A stretch of DNA of 64,000 nt, taken from the NCBI GenBank assembly GCA_964016885.1, contig OZ024744.1, positions 97,340,001-97,404,000 of the forward strand, given 5' to 3'. The position numbers and the translations under genes are program-made. Of the stretch, positions 29,303 through 42,588 are shown one piece after another. This DNA comes from Eledone cirrhosa. Its lineage: Eukaryota. The notes under the pieces were generated by a model, which did not search any database, had not been told where the DNA came from, and worked only from the letters and a program-made list of their open reading frames with translations. Within the stretch, counting starts at the first letter, position 1, and the number at the start of each line of letters is the position of its first letter.

Positions 29303-29829
29303 TGATTTAAATACCTTAGTCTTTGTGAGAGGTGGTCCCTGCTAGGTTTAAATGCTCATGACACCATCAGTAATTAAGGATCCATTTAGTATGTGTAAAC
29401 ACGTTGTTTTGTTTTTTGTTTTTGTTTTTTTTTAGGGGCAGGGTGGGGTGCAGATGGCAGGTGGGTGGGTATGGGTTGCTTTTGAAGAAGAATTAATGGC
29501 TGTGTCAGAAACCTTGAAAACATTGTTGTGTATGCATATGTTATACGGTGATTAGGTTGTACACAGAAGACGCATGAGGCGAAAGCTTAAAGAGGAGTTT
29601 CATCTGCAATTGTGTATATGCTGTCAGACGTCAAAGAAGAGACGAAAAAATTGGTTGGAGTAGAAATAAGAATTAAATGAACCTCCGTCAGTTTCGACGA
29701 TAATTAACGTGCATGTGGCTGAACATACTACAGATGCGTGTATTTTTGGCGTAATTTCTCAGGGGGATTTGACGCGACGCAGTGTGTGAAGGGTTCACCA
29801 TTTGAATTAAAGCTATAACAATCCATTCG

Positions 29830-29970
29830 ATGGGCTTCCAAACAGTTTCCGTCTACCCAATTTCACTCACAAAGCATTGGTCGAACCGAGGTTGTGGTAA
29901 ATGACATTTTTCTAAGAAGCCAAGCAAGAGGATCGAACTCTTGACCTAATGGTTGCTTGATAAGCCTCAT
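29830..29970 (-). mobile_element. Degenerate SINE of a second family
   Basis: Minus B box GAGTTCGATCC and 3' ..GTGAGTGAAATTGGGTAGACGGAAACTG, recalled as similar to abundant octopus SINEs. Confidence 0.5.
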
Positions 29971-30104
29971 TATCCTGCCCCGTATCTAGCCGGTGAGAAT
30001 TTTAAGTCAATCTTCAACAAAGGACAACAGACAAGAGGAGAAGAAGAGGATCTTTTTGGTATTTGTGTTGACATTAACTAGAACAAAATTTTGATTTTTT
30101 TTGT

Positions 30105-30700
30105 TTGAACATCAAAACAGTTGAGAACTTTAAGTATCTTGGTGCATGGATGCACAGCTCACGCAAGGACTTTGAAGTTAGAAAAGCATTAGCGTGGTCG
30201 GCATGCCACAAGCTACTGAAGGTATGGCAGTCCGACCTAAACCGCAAAATCAAGGAACGCCTCTTCCTAGCAACTGTTGAGTGCATCCTGCTTTACGGCA
30301 GTGAACCGTGGACTATTGACAAAGTGTTGTGCAAGAGACTTGACGGATGTTACACGAGGATATTGAGAATGGCTCTCAACATTTCTTGGAAACAGAAGCT
30401 GACAAATAAGGAACTATACAGATCACTACCACCAGTCTCAAAAAGAGATGCCTGCCGAAGAATGAAACTGGCTGGGTACTGCATCCGTCATCTAGAAGAG
30501 ACAGCAACTCAACTTGAGTTCTGGAAACCGGCGGTCGGATAAAGGAGTGTGGGAAGACAGACCGTCTCATTCATTGCTGAGATACCCTGCTGAGAGATGC
30601 CAACATTGATAACATCGACGAACTGAGAAATGTCATGCTCGACCGGGACGATTGAAGAAAGTGTGCTGAATCTTTGCGAGTGTAAACTCGGCCGAAGAAG
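30105..30700 (+). mobile_element. 3' fragment of an RTE-type LINE
   Basis: VENFKYLG..LLYGSEPWT..LDGCYTRILRMALNISW post-RT region. Confidence 0.85.
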
Positions 30701-30779
30701 AAGATTGAACATGGCTTAATGTTTATGTAACTATTTGTAACGGTTTTCAAAAGTTAAATAACTTCAAATATTTTAGCAA

Positions 30780-31146
30780 ATAAATACCGGGGATCGCACC
30801 GGTCGCATTCGAAACCTGAGGCGTACTTGGATCCCGTATTGCCGAGCTCCTATGCAAGATTGTCTGAGGAAGCAGCCCCGTGGGGTGGGGTGGCTGCTGC
30901 AGAGGGTGCCGCTGACCATAGTCTGCGGGAATGTTTTTGCGGTCTTGTCTGCAGGGCACAACCTCCATCAAAAGGTGCAAACTCCAATTGTCACTACTTC
31001 CGTCTCACCCGCTCTCCTCATCTCTCACTATTCTGAGCAAATGGGGGGCCCACGCTCTGGCCGCCCCGCGTCCAGCGCGGGCAGAATAGAGAAGGCGTTT
31101 CCCATGGGGGAGGGGAAGACGTGTTGGAAGAGCCATTGTTCTTGAT
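30780..31146 (-). mobile_element. Second degenerate CRE-like 3' fragment
   Basis: Minus translation QEQWLFQHV..GNAFSIL, similar to 19030-19100. Confidence 0.45.
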
Positions 31147-32422
31147 CATTTTCAAAATTATTTGAAAACTATAAACAGTGTCTTTCATTAAAAATATGGT
31201 AACGAAATGTTTTTAAATGTTTATAGTTATCTAAAAACCTTCCATCATGATTTTATGTAAGAATCGTTGTTCAATTAAAACTCCTCCGCTCTCCAAAAAG
31301 GTGTCATCTTGAACACCTGTTTAAAGTTGATATCTTTTTTTGTTGTTTTTTTTTTTTTGTCGTCATAAATCACAATATTTGCTAAAAACAAACATTCTTC
31401 ATTTTTATAAGTATCATTGTCAGATATTATATATTTCTTTTTTAATATAATTTTTCTATATTGATAATTTAAAATGGAAAACGAAGGGAATCGCAAGTGC
31501 TCTAGAGTCACAGAAGAATGGGAGAGAGAAGGGAAGGGAGATGGCCTCTAGGCCTAGGACGCTGTGGTGTTGGGGGTTGTGCCCTGCAGTCTAGACCCCA
31601 AACGCATTCCCGCAGACAATGGTCGGTAGGGTTAACTAACTGTTGTGGGACTACTTCTACCAACCTCGTCCCATGGACTGAGTGCTCTACTACTACGGAT
31701 ATAACCCTTCCAGTGTTCTACTATTATAAATATATATATATATATATAAACAAACATAAATTATCGAGATTAGCATTTCGGCCCACGAAATAACGAAAAA
31801 CAACCTCCGAGATGTGCGGCAAGTGCTCAATGGTTCAGATGAACCAGAGCTATAACAAACGTTAAAGGCCAAACACACTGAGACGATGGTTAAACAACCA
31901 TTCGCATAGCCCAAAAAACGATCAAGTAATTCGGGTATTGAAAATTTACCCGGACCCCTGGAAGGTTGGTAAAATCCAATATATGGGTTTCTGCGGCTCC
32001 TAAATCAAGTACCGTCCGCTTACATAAATAATGTCAGGCTTCTGGTAAGATGATTGAACAAGGAAGCCACTTTCTCAACAGGTTTTAGTTCAATGTTAAT
32101 ACAAGGACTGACTATTGCTGACCCCACGTGGGGATCGGCAAGGGAGGCAACCCCTATATCAGGCGAATGAATTCAGTTGTGTATATTTTTGCAAGAATGC
32201 AAAAACATCACAAATCGAATAGAGTTCTCAACAGAAGGGTTAAAATCAACATAAGCTATTCATCAGTCAATAGAATCAACTAAAAAATCAAGAAAATTAA
32301 CTGGTCAATAGCTAGAGTCTGGAGATAAATACAAACATAAATTATCGAGATTCGCATTTCGGCCCACGAAATAACGAAAAACAACCTCCGAGATGTGCGG
32401 CAAGTGCTCAATGGTTATATAT

Positions 32423-32763
<341 letters not shown>

Positions 32764-32772
32764 TATATATTT

Positions 32773-32862
<90 letters not shown>

Positions 32863-33044
32863 TCAGAGCAAACATCACGGACGCTCTATCTCAAAATTAT
32901 TTTTGAAAAAGCATTGGAAATGCGCAACCGGTAAAACTTAAAACCAAAACTGAATACTAACCAATACAATTACTAATTCTCACTTATTCCTAATTAAACT
33001 ATTTTTCACTGTGAACAATTTGTCAGCATTTTCTATTCCGTTTA

Positions 33045-33102
<58 letters not shown>

Positions 33103-33105
<3 letters not shown>

Positions 33106-34201
33106 AGTATATGTTGGTTGTTTACCGACACCTCAGTATGCAGGATGGAGCACTCGACGAAGTGCGCAGGTTGGTTTGGTTACTCCGGAGTAATGTAAAA
33201 TAAAATAATTAAGTCAAATATTTAAAATATTTAAAATTTGGCTTCGTTTATTAAAGGTGTACTGCTATATATATTTCGGTGACAGCCATCCTTGGCTGTG
33301 ACCTCTTCAGGCAGTCCGAATTGGTGTGGTAGAGACAGGTACACATGTTGTTGAAATGTTTAACTCCGTCAATACTCCAATATGTCCAGTTCCTGGTTGG
33401 GTTGTTATTTCTCTGAGGAACTGGAATCATATGAATTCGAACAAACGAATTTCGGCGTCAAAGGACACTCTCTCCTCCCATTGGTCAGTTGTGAGAACAT
33501 TCCTCAGTCAAAAGTCTATAGAAATGTTTCTGAGGCAAGGCAATCTGTTGTGGTTGTTTTTGTTAAGTACAGCTGACCTCCTCCCTTATGTTGGTGTTAG
33601 GGGGGTCAGTAGTCAGGTCAGCTTTAGTTCGGCTGCTGCTATGTTTAGAAGAATTTGTGTGGGGGGGTTGGCATCTATCCTGCCACCATTTCCCGTGGTG
33701 GTGGGGGGCGGAGGTGCCAATCAGATGAAGAAATAAGATAAAGTAAAATGGAGAAATAAAAGAATATAAGGTAATAAAATGAAGAAAATAAAAAAATAAT
33801 AAAAAATAAATAAACAAAAAAATAATAAAATAATAAAAAGAATAAGATAATAAAATAATAAAATAAAATGCGTGTTTTATAACCAATCTCAAAGTTTGAA
33901 AGATTTGGAAGATATTGACCGAAGTAGAAAGGCTGTGTGTCAGAATTGAGTAGTGCAAAGGATCACAATCTTTACACTATCATGGTGTGGTGCGTTTTAA
34001 GAGCAAATGAGACAAGGGTGGAGTGTAAAACACCAGAACCCGAGTGTTAAAATCCGGAAATGCAGAGGACTACAGTTCCTATTTAATATTTGACTTAATT
34101 ATTTTATTTTACATTACTCCGGAGTAACCAAACCAACCTGCGCACTTCGTTGAGTGCTCCATCCTGCATACTGAGGTGTCGGTAAACAACCAACATATAC
34201 T

Positions 34202-34205
<4 letters not shown>
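33103..34205 (-). mobile_element. PLE-terminus element with inverted arms (33103-33224 / 34081-34205)
   Basis: Reverse-complementary arms in (TA)n with an internal hammerhead. Confidence 0.75.
33261..33315 (-). ncRNA. Type-I hammerhead ribozyme
   Basis: actgc-CTGAAGA-ggtcacagcca-agga-tggctgtcacc-GAAAT-atat-ATA-gcagt. Confidence 0.85.
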
Positions 34206-34255
<50 letters not shown>

Positions 34256-34432
34256 AAATATAAATACACCATTACCAACGTTTCTGGATCCCAGACAATA
34301 ATAATATACGTCCAGAAACCTTTGGTAATGGAGTAGTTGTGTTGTTCACTTTCTAATTAAATAGCTCTGTTCTATACATAGAGCACTCTTTTTTCCCTTG
34401 CTTTTTCTTCGGAATTACCTAACATCTCTCTC

Positions 34433-34648
<216 letters not shown>

Positions 34649-34749
34649 TGTTAGGTAATTCCGAAGAAAAAGCAAGGGAAAAAAGAGTGCTCTATGTATA
34701 GAACAGAGCTATTTAATTAGATATACATATATATATATATGTATGTATG

Positions 34750-34897
<148 letters not shown>

Positions 34898-34904
34898 GAA
34901 AGTA

Positions 34905-34937
<33 letters not shown>

Positions 34938-34974
34938 GAAAGATTTGAATGGATACAGTTTAGTTGAAAGGAAT

Positions 34975-35092
34975 TTATTGACACGTGTTTCTATAACAGT
35001 TACATAACCTAAAACAGCTATCTACAAACTTTTTAGTTATGCAGACATTCAATATTTCAATGTTATTATTTACTGTCATTTCATCAGAATAA
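34975..35092 (-). ncRNA. Hammerhead ribozyme with extended stem II
   Basis: ttatt-CTGATGA-[~90 nt, atgacagt..actgttat]-GAAAC-acgt-GTC-aataa. Confidence 0.65.
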
Positions 35093-35305
35093 TATTACTG
35101 AGGACCTATTTAGTTTTTATAGAGAATAATATATAATAAAGTTAAATAAAAGTCAAATGATTAAAATTTAGCTTCGTTTATTACTGCTATATATATTTCT
35201 GCTATATATATATATATATATATATACTTCGTCGAGTGCTCCAGCCTGCATACTGAGGTGTTGGTATACAACCAACATAAACTCAAAATCTATATATATA
35301 TATAT

Positions 35306-35383
<78 letters not shown>

Positions 35384-35915
35384 GTAGGAGGTGAGTTTTA
35401 TTGTAGTACAATAAAGAAATACGCCCGAAACGCATGCAATAGGCATTTCAATAAGAAATTAGAATGGATGAATAAGAAAAAACTACAAGAAAGGAAAATC
35501 GAATATTCTCAAAAATACCCAGATGACATCGACAATATCCGTATGACTGATGTAAAACTACCGGAAGAATTTAGCAATGACCACACAGTAAATATCTATG
35601 GGAACACTTTAATCAGTGAACAAGAACAACAAATCCTGCAGCTACCATCAAAATTTGCCATCTACAAAAAGATTAACCCTATTGAGTGCATAACGGAGCT
35701 GGAAAAGTGTTTCACAAAAATACGTTGGAATGCAAAAGTAAACAACAACAACAACAATAATAACGGTAGTAGTAATATAAACAATAACTCTGAGTATAGA
35801 AATAACAGCTATAATAGCCACAACAATAACAATAGCAGGAGAGTGAGAAATAGAAATAATGGTAACAATACTAACGATAGACAGAACAACAACAACAACC
35901 ACAATAATAATAATA

Positions 35916-36100
35916 ATTGTTTCTACTTTAGGCACAAGGCCAGCAATTACCCAGTGCATTACTGGTACTTTATTTTATCGACCCCGTAAGGATGAAAGGC
36001 AAAGTCAACCTCGGCGGGATTTGAACTCAGATCGTAAAGGGACGTAACTATGCTGGAAAGCATGGCGTCCGACCCTCTACCGATACTGCCAATCCACCGC
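35916..36100 (-). mobile_element. tRNA-derived SINE inside the Penelope poly-Asn linker
   Basis: A/B boxes and core as in 27817-28000. Confidence 0.85.
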
Positions 36101-36304
36101 AGAAACATTAACTACAGACACAGCAGCAGCGACCACAGTAGTAATAACGGTAACAATAAAAACAACAACAACCACAGTGGTAATAATGGAAATAATACAT
36201 GTAGCAACATTAATGATAGACACAACAAAAACAAGAAACATAATAAAAGTAACAACCACAATGGTAGAAATAACAGTAACAACAACAATAACGGTGAAGT
36301 AAAC

Positions 36305-36535
36305 AACAATCACAGCAACAATACATCTAGCAATCATAACAACAATACATCTAACAATCACAGCAACAATACATCAAGCAATCATAACAACAATACATCT
36401 AACAATCACAGCAACAATACATCTAGCAATCATAACAATAATACATCTAACAATCACAGCAACAATACATCTAGCAATCATAACAACAATACATCTAACA
36501 ATCACAGCAACAATACATCTAGCAATCATAACAAT
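36305..36535 (+). repeat. 48-bp tandem repeat x~5 (encodes NNHSNNTSSNHNNNTS)
   Basis: Direct reading and translation. Confidence 0.9.
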
Positions 36536-36541
36536 AATAAT

Positions 36542-39500
36542 GATTTCATTTATTAGCCACAAGGGCCGACATGTAGGGGACAATACAAAGACAGGGACAG
36601 TGGGGGTTTACAATAAGGTCGAGTAAAATTGCACAATGGCAAGACTAATTTAACAATGAAAATATAAAAATATAAAATAAACTATGCATAAATATAACAA
36701 AATAAATTCCCCGATAGGGGGTGGACGACCCTGGGGTGCTTCAGGTATCCCACCAATCCTGAACCACCCTGCGCTTCTAGGGCACCCAGGAGAGCACCCC
36801 TCTCCTCAAGTTAGCTAGCCTATAGGCGCATGGTCAGAGTAGGCCCATTCACACGAGCCATTCTCGCCATATTCACCCACCTTTTAGCAAATGTACTGGG
36901 GGGCAGCACTTCTCTCTCCACCCTCACCTTCTTTTCCAGGTGAAAGTTGAAGAAGTTGATGAGGGATTGGCCGAAGAGAAAAGTGTCTGTCTTTAGTCCT
37001 TTCAACCTGGTCCACCATATAATCTCTTTCGCAACTGCCACCAGACAGAGAAAAATTTCCTGCTCTTCCTGACCTAAGGAAGGTGGCGGCTCGATCTTCA
37101 CTATGGACTCGGCCGACGGCCGGATTCGTTCCACACGCGACAGTAGCTGTTCGACATAACTCCACAAGTCAGTAATGCACGGACATTGGACAAGTGCGTG
37201 CAGAACGGTTTCGTCGTTCTGTGCGCATCTTGGGCAGGTCCGTCTGACAACACTTCCGTGCCTGTAGAGTTTATCCCGAACTGGCAGTGCCCCCCGGTAG
37301 CACTGCCAAGCGAGGGATTTCTGGAAATTGTCCATCGTCCCCGGCTCAAAAGTCCTCCGGTACAGACTGGTCAGTTCGACTTCGTCGAGGCCCAAAGCTT
37401 CTCCGAGTGCGTCATCGCACTTGCCCACCACTAATCCTCTATAAAACTCGAGAGTGGAAGTTCCACTGATCGCATTGCCCGCTTGGTAGAGAGCAGTGAG
37501 TGCCTGGCAACATTCCAGGTGCCAGTCACCCAGTCTCGGTCTCTTCTTGACCCAGGATTGCAGCTCAGTCAAAGAAATGAGCTGCGGAAAGGCCCGTCTG
37601 ATAAACGGCGACCACACCTGTTCACCATTGAGGCGGAATATCTGGAGATGTCGCTGCCTCAACGCATGTCTGCGCATCATTAGCCACGGCATGTCCAGCC
37701 CTCCGCGTAGAGGGTGCTGGCAGCAGATGGACCGTCTCACCAACGGAACTTGTCCCCTCCACAAGAATTTGAAGAGGAGCCGTTCCAACTTGACGAGGCG
37801 CGGACGGGGGTAAGGCACGACGGTTAGGCGGTAGTAGATGACGGACGCGATGTACGCATTCGCCACCTCCGCGCGACCTTTCAGTGATAGCTTCCTCCCA
37901 GCCCATTTTTGGGTGAGACTGACTACTCTGCTCGTTACCTCGTCCCAATTCTTTTCCACCTTATAGGTCTGGTCCGAACCAAACCCCAAGCAACTTTACC
38001 GGTCCGTCCGTCCAGCGCCCCACGGCGCTGTTGGACGGCATGGGCTTGCCTCTCCAGGTTCTGAGCTGCAAGCCCACCGACTTTTCCGGGTTAAGTTTGG
38101 CTCCTGTCAACCTTTCATATTCCTTCAGTAAGATGCCGACCACCTCGATTTCTGAGGTGTTCGACACCATCACGGTGATGTCGTCCGCATAAGCCGACAC
38201 CGCCTTTCCACGTCCCGGTTCGAGCGGGATGCCCTGCAACAGCTCCAGCTTCCGCAGTAAAGGCTCGAGAGTCAATACGTACAGAAGGGAAGAGAGAGGG
38301 CACCCTTGACGGACCGGTCGGGAGAGCCGAAATGGTTCCGAGAGGTGGCCATTAACCTTGACCACGAGCGTGTGCCGCTGTGCATTGCAACGATCCAGCT
38401 TCTAAAGACGGGGCCGAAGCCAGCTGCTTTGAGGACAAACTCCAGATACCGATGGTCGACCCTATCGAATGCTTTCGATTGATCTAAATTGATCAGTGCC
38501 CCACCGAAGCCAGGTTTACACCCTACCCTCTCTATGATGTATCGCATGAGGTGGAGATTGTCGTGTATGGACCTGGCTGGGATTGCGCAAGTTTGCGCCT
38601 CCCCAACCAAATCCTCGACGACAAGCGCCAATCTCTTTGCTAACACCTTGGCCAAAATCTTAAACCCTGTGTTGAGCAGAGTTATGGGCCTGAAGTTGTC
38701 TAATGTATCCCTCTTGTTCTCATCTTTCCTTATCAGCGTCACCACTCCCCTGCTCACAAAACTGGGAATACTCCCATTCTGCTGCCAGTTGCAGTAGAGT
38801 GCTTCGAGGAATTCGGAGAACAAGTCTGGCATATTTATGTAAAGCTCGTAGGGCAGGCCATCCAAACCGGGTGACTTGCGCCTCATGCAGCCGACAAGGG
38901 CGTCCTGAATTTCGGCTGAAGTAATCGGCCTTTCGCAGCGCTCAGCGTCGACCGTCGAGATGCGCGGCAAGCCGTCAAGGTAGGGACTGAAATCCGCTAT
39001 TCTCTCTGACTCGCCACTCTCCCTGAACAACCGAGCAAAGTGCTGGCGAAAGGCCTCACACATCCGCTTGGAATCGCTTATCTCGTGTCCGTCTCGGTCC
39101 GCCAAAGACCGAATTGTGGTTTTATTACCACGCTGCGCCTCCACCACGCGGGCCCATCGAACAGCTTTAGTTCCCTCGTTTCTCAGCGCACGCGCCTTAG
39201 CTCTGACAATGCAACCTTCGTGTTTGGCATTGAAGAAATGGTCTAATGCCATTCTCGCCGCTAGCACGTCAGTTGCGATGCCACTACAAATAGCCTCGTC
39301 TAACTTATCTACCAGCTCCCCCTCCTTTCTATTTTTCTCTAACGCTAGTTCTTTGCTAAACTCTATCGAAGTTACTCTAATCTCTCTTTTGAGAGCCCCC
39401 CACCATCTGTTGTTGATGATCGCCCTGTCAACTTTTGCTTAACTAAATTGTTGACTCGGTCCCTGTAAGCCTTACGTGCCGGAAATGACATGTTCAGCTT

Positions 39501-42500
39501 CCAGGAACCCGGTTCCAACCTACGCGTTTTATTTAGGTCGACCGTACAGATCACAAATTTGTGATCTGAATAGGCGACCGTTTTAAAAAGTGGACAGCCC
39601 ACACTATTTCTATCTATTTTCCTAATGAAGATCCTGTCTATATACGATCTAGATGACCCCATTCGGTTGGTCCATGTCAATACTGGCACATTGGGGAAAT
39701 CTAGTCGATACCTGTCAGACAGTCAGAACTGGCTGAGTAGGTGCTTGAGGCTTTTGCACCCCCCGCTCCTATCGGCTACTCCCACACAATCCCAGCGTGC
39801 GTCTAAGATGCCATTCCAGTCCCCCGCTAACAGTAAAGGGCGAGACGTACCCATAAAGGTCTCCAGGCGCTTAAAGAAGTCAGGTCGTCCGGCCCCTGTA
39901 GGGGCGTAGACGGCCAGCAGTCTAAAGGCACCACCTTCGCTACTGCTCACATTCAAGACCACCAACTTACCGACCGGGTCCCGGAAGATCGACCTTACCT
40001 CGAGATCCAGTCCTTTCCTAAACAGCACTGCCACCCCACCCCCCATTCCCGGCCTGCTAACAGATGCGAAGATCGTCGAAAATGGGGGCTAGTGCGCGCG
40101 TGTCGGAAATTCTGGTCTCGCTTACGGCAATCACATCCATTTCCAGCGACCGGAGGTCTTTGAGCAGGCGACCCTGCTTCCAGGGTGACCCCAGGCCGCG
40201 AACATTTAAACTTCCTACTCTTAATATGGCCATATTGGTCAGCTAAGAGAGAGAGAGAGAGGGAAGGTTTACTTACCTCCCGGGTCTTGTGAAGGTCGGG
40301 TGGTTCAACCTCCATGGTTGGTGGGGTTTCTTTTGGGAACCCCTTTAAAAGTCTTGATGTGGGTTTCACATTCGGGGTTCCCACGTCTTGAGGAAAGCTC
40401 TCTCGAATTTCTTTAAAGGAATTGAGTGACATTCGGACCAGAAGCAAATCTTCTGGCACGCAAAATGTGCTCATTTCAAAAATCTCCCCCTCTGTTTGAA
40501 TGTCCTCGCTTCGCGCTAAGAGGGCCATCAGTTTATCGTTTGCCCTTCTGACAAGCACGAAGTTTTTAACTTTTTGTTGGTGTGGTTTTATTTGTTTTCG
40601 GTTTGGTGAAGGTGGTGGCGATGGTTTTGGTGGTGTTGTTTCGGGTATGTCTATGTTTGTTGCAGGTGTGGTGTCTGCAATTTCAGGTATTTGTGTGTTT
40701 ATTTGTACTTGTGTTTGTTTAGGTTGTTTGCGTTTCGGGGATTGTGGAGGTGGTTTCGATGTAGCTGTTGGTGATGATGTTATTGGGGAAGTGTCTGCGT
40801 TAGTGGTGTCTGTATTTTTTGTTGTGTGTGTTTTCGTGTTTTGCTGGGGCTTTTTTTTGTGAGTTTTCTCTGTTTTTTTTGCACTTTTGGGTTTTCCTTC
40901 ATCTTCGCTACTGGAAGACAAAGGGGCTGTGTCTGTGAGTGTCTCTGTGTCTGTGTGTGCGTTTATTGTTTTGTCTATGTGTATAATTGGGGGGGGGGGG
41001 TAGGGGGAGTGGGAGAGCTTTCCTCGTTTTCTCCTTGGATTGGTTTTGGTGTTGGTGGTGATCCGGCTGCTTTTGATGTTGGTGTCCGTGTTTTTGTTGA
41101 TGTTGTTTTTGGTGGTGGTGGTGGTGGTGCAGCTTTCCGTGCTGACACTGGCGTTGGCAACAAAGGAGGTTTGCGACCCCCTGCATTTTTGCGCTGAGGG
41201 CAGAAGGCTTGAAGATGCGTTGCTTCCCCGCAGACGAAGCAGCGTAGCCTTCTTCCATCAATCATTAGTTGGATTGTTGTCCCATCCTGCAAGCGGGCAA
41301 AATCCGGGATGTTATTCATATCCTCCGGTTTCATTTGGAGAAGAATCTCCAAATCCATTCCGGACCAGTCCTCTCTCTCTGTCCTTTTGATGTCTAGGAG
41401 GGCAGTGTCTGTCCCCTCCTCGATTACGCATCCCAGCAGCCACCATATGTTCATTCCTGGTGGAATGCTGGGAATGCGTACCTTCACTGTCCTTTTACCC
41501 ATATAGGACGGATGCATGATAATGCGTTCCGTTCTGCAGGGGTCACCGAGTGCTTAATAGCGAGAGCCTCGGTTTTGAACAGTACCGAGATGGTACCGAA
41601 CTGTTTGGCTCTTGCTTTATACTCTATGTCACTTCCGATGCACTCCAAAGCAGCCTCTACCTCTGCTTGGCTCGCAAGTTCCACTTTTCGTGTCTGCACC
41701 GAAATACATCGAAAGAGCACCGTCCTCCTTTGCATGGCCGCTATTGCCTCGTCCGAGATGGTCAGGTTTGCCCAGGATTTCTCCCGTTTAATTAGCCTCC
41801 ACGCTTTGGCCAACTGTTCTTCTTTATCGCTAATATCAATATCAATTCAATAAGCGCTTTGTTTTTGCTGCTGCTGCAGCAAATGTGGTGTTTCTGATGC
41901 TCTTGTTGTTGGTGTTGTCATTCTTGCTGTTGCCACCGCCATCCTTGTTTACATTGAAGCTGTCGGTGTTATTGTCGTTGTTGTTGTGGTGGTGGTGGTG
42001 GTGGTGGCGGTGGTGGTGATGTCGTTTTCAGATGATACTGCTGCTATGGCAGAAGGTTGTGATGGTAGCTTTTTAGTTTTGCCTTCACATTCAGTAGAGT
42101 GGATGACAGGCATGACTGTAGCCGTCGTAGTCATGGTGAAATCTGCAGTGGCTGCCTTTAAACCTTTGACCTGAACGTTGTTTACCGTTTCAAGGTCGAA
42201 AATTTCCATAATTTTCTTTTGGTGGGGAAGCGATTTTTTTCGAAATTTTTAAAAATAAATCTGAATATTCGGGCTTAAAGCCCGAATATTGAGAGGTATC
42301 CCTCTCTTTAAATCAAGATGTGTACCTTAAGTTTCGTTAACGAGAAGAAAATACAAAAAAAATGACACTTTAAAACAGCTTAAAGTTACGAACCTTTTCC
42401 CCCGCAGGCTTGTCTGTCTTCACACACCTGTGATCCCACTACATCTTTTATGCACCCATACTTTGCATTTGGGACATAAAATGGAGTTTCTACCTACTCC

Positions 42501-42588
42501 TTTCCTACACACTGAGCATGGCCATTTCCCGGATGGGACCGGTGCCCTATTTTCCTTCCTACAAACTAGAACTTTAGTCTTAAACAGG
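36542..42588 (-). mobile_element. L1/Tx1-clade retrotransposon, copy 3 (frameshifted), possible 13-bp TSD taacaataataat
   Basis: ORF1 40277-42209 (CFVCGEATHLQAFC) and ORF2 36820-40233 (MAILRVGSLNVRGL, RT, zinc finger). TSD candidates 36529-36541 / 42589-42601 are low complexity. Confidence 0.93.
42426..42581 (-). mobile_element. Internal fragment of an RTE-type LINE ORF (Cys-rich finger) at the 5' end of Tx1 copy 3
   Basis: Translates KTKVLVCRKENRAPVPSGKWPCSVCRKGVGRNSILCPKCKVWVHKRCSGITG. Confidence 0.75.

Noticed and set aside
28865-29310. SL/ER-rich ORFs
   Set aside because: Translations of a (CT)n tract.
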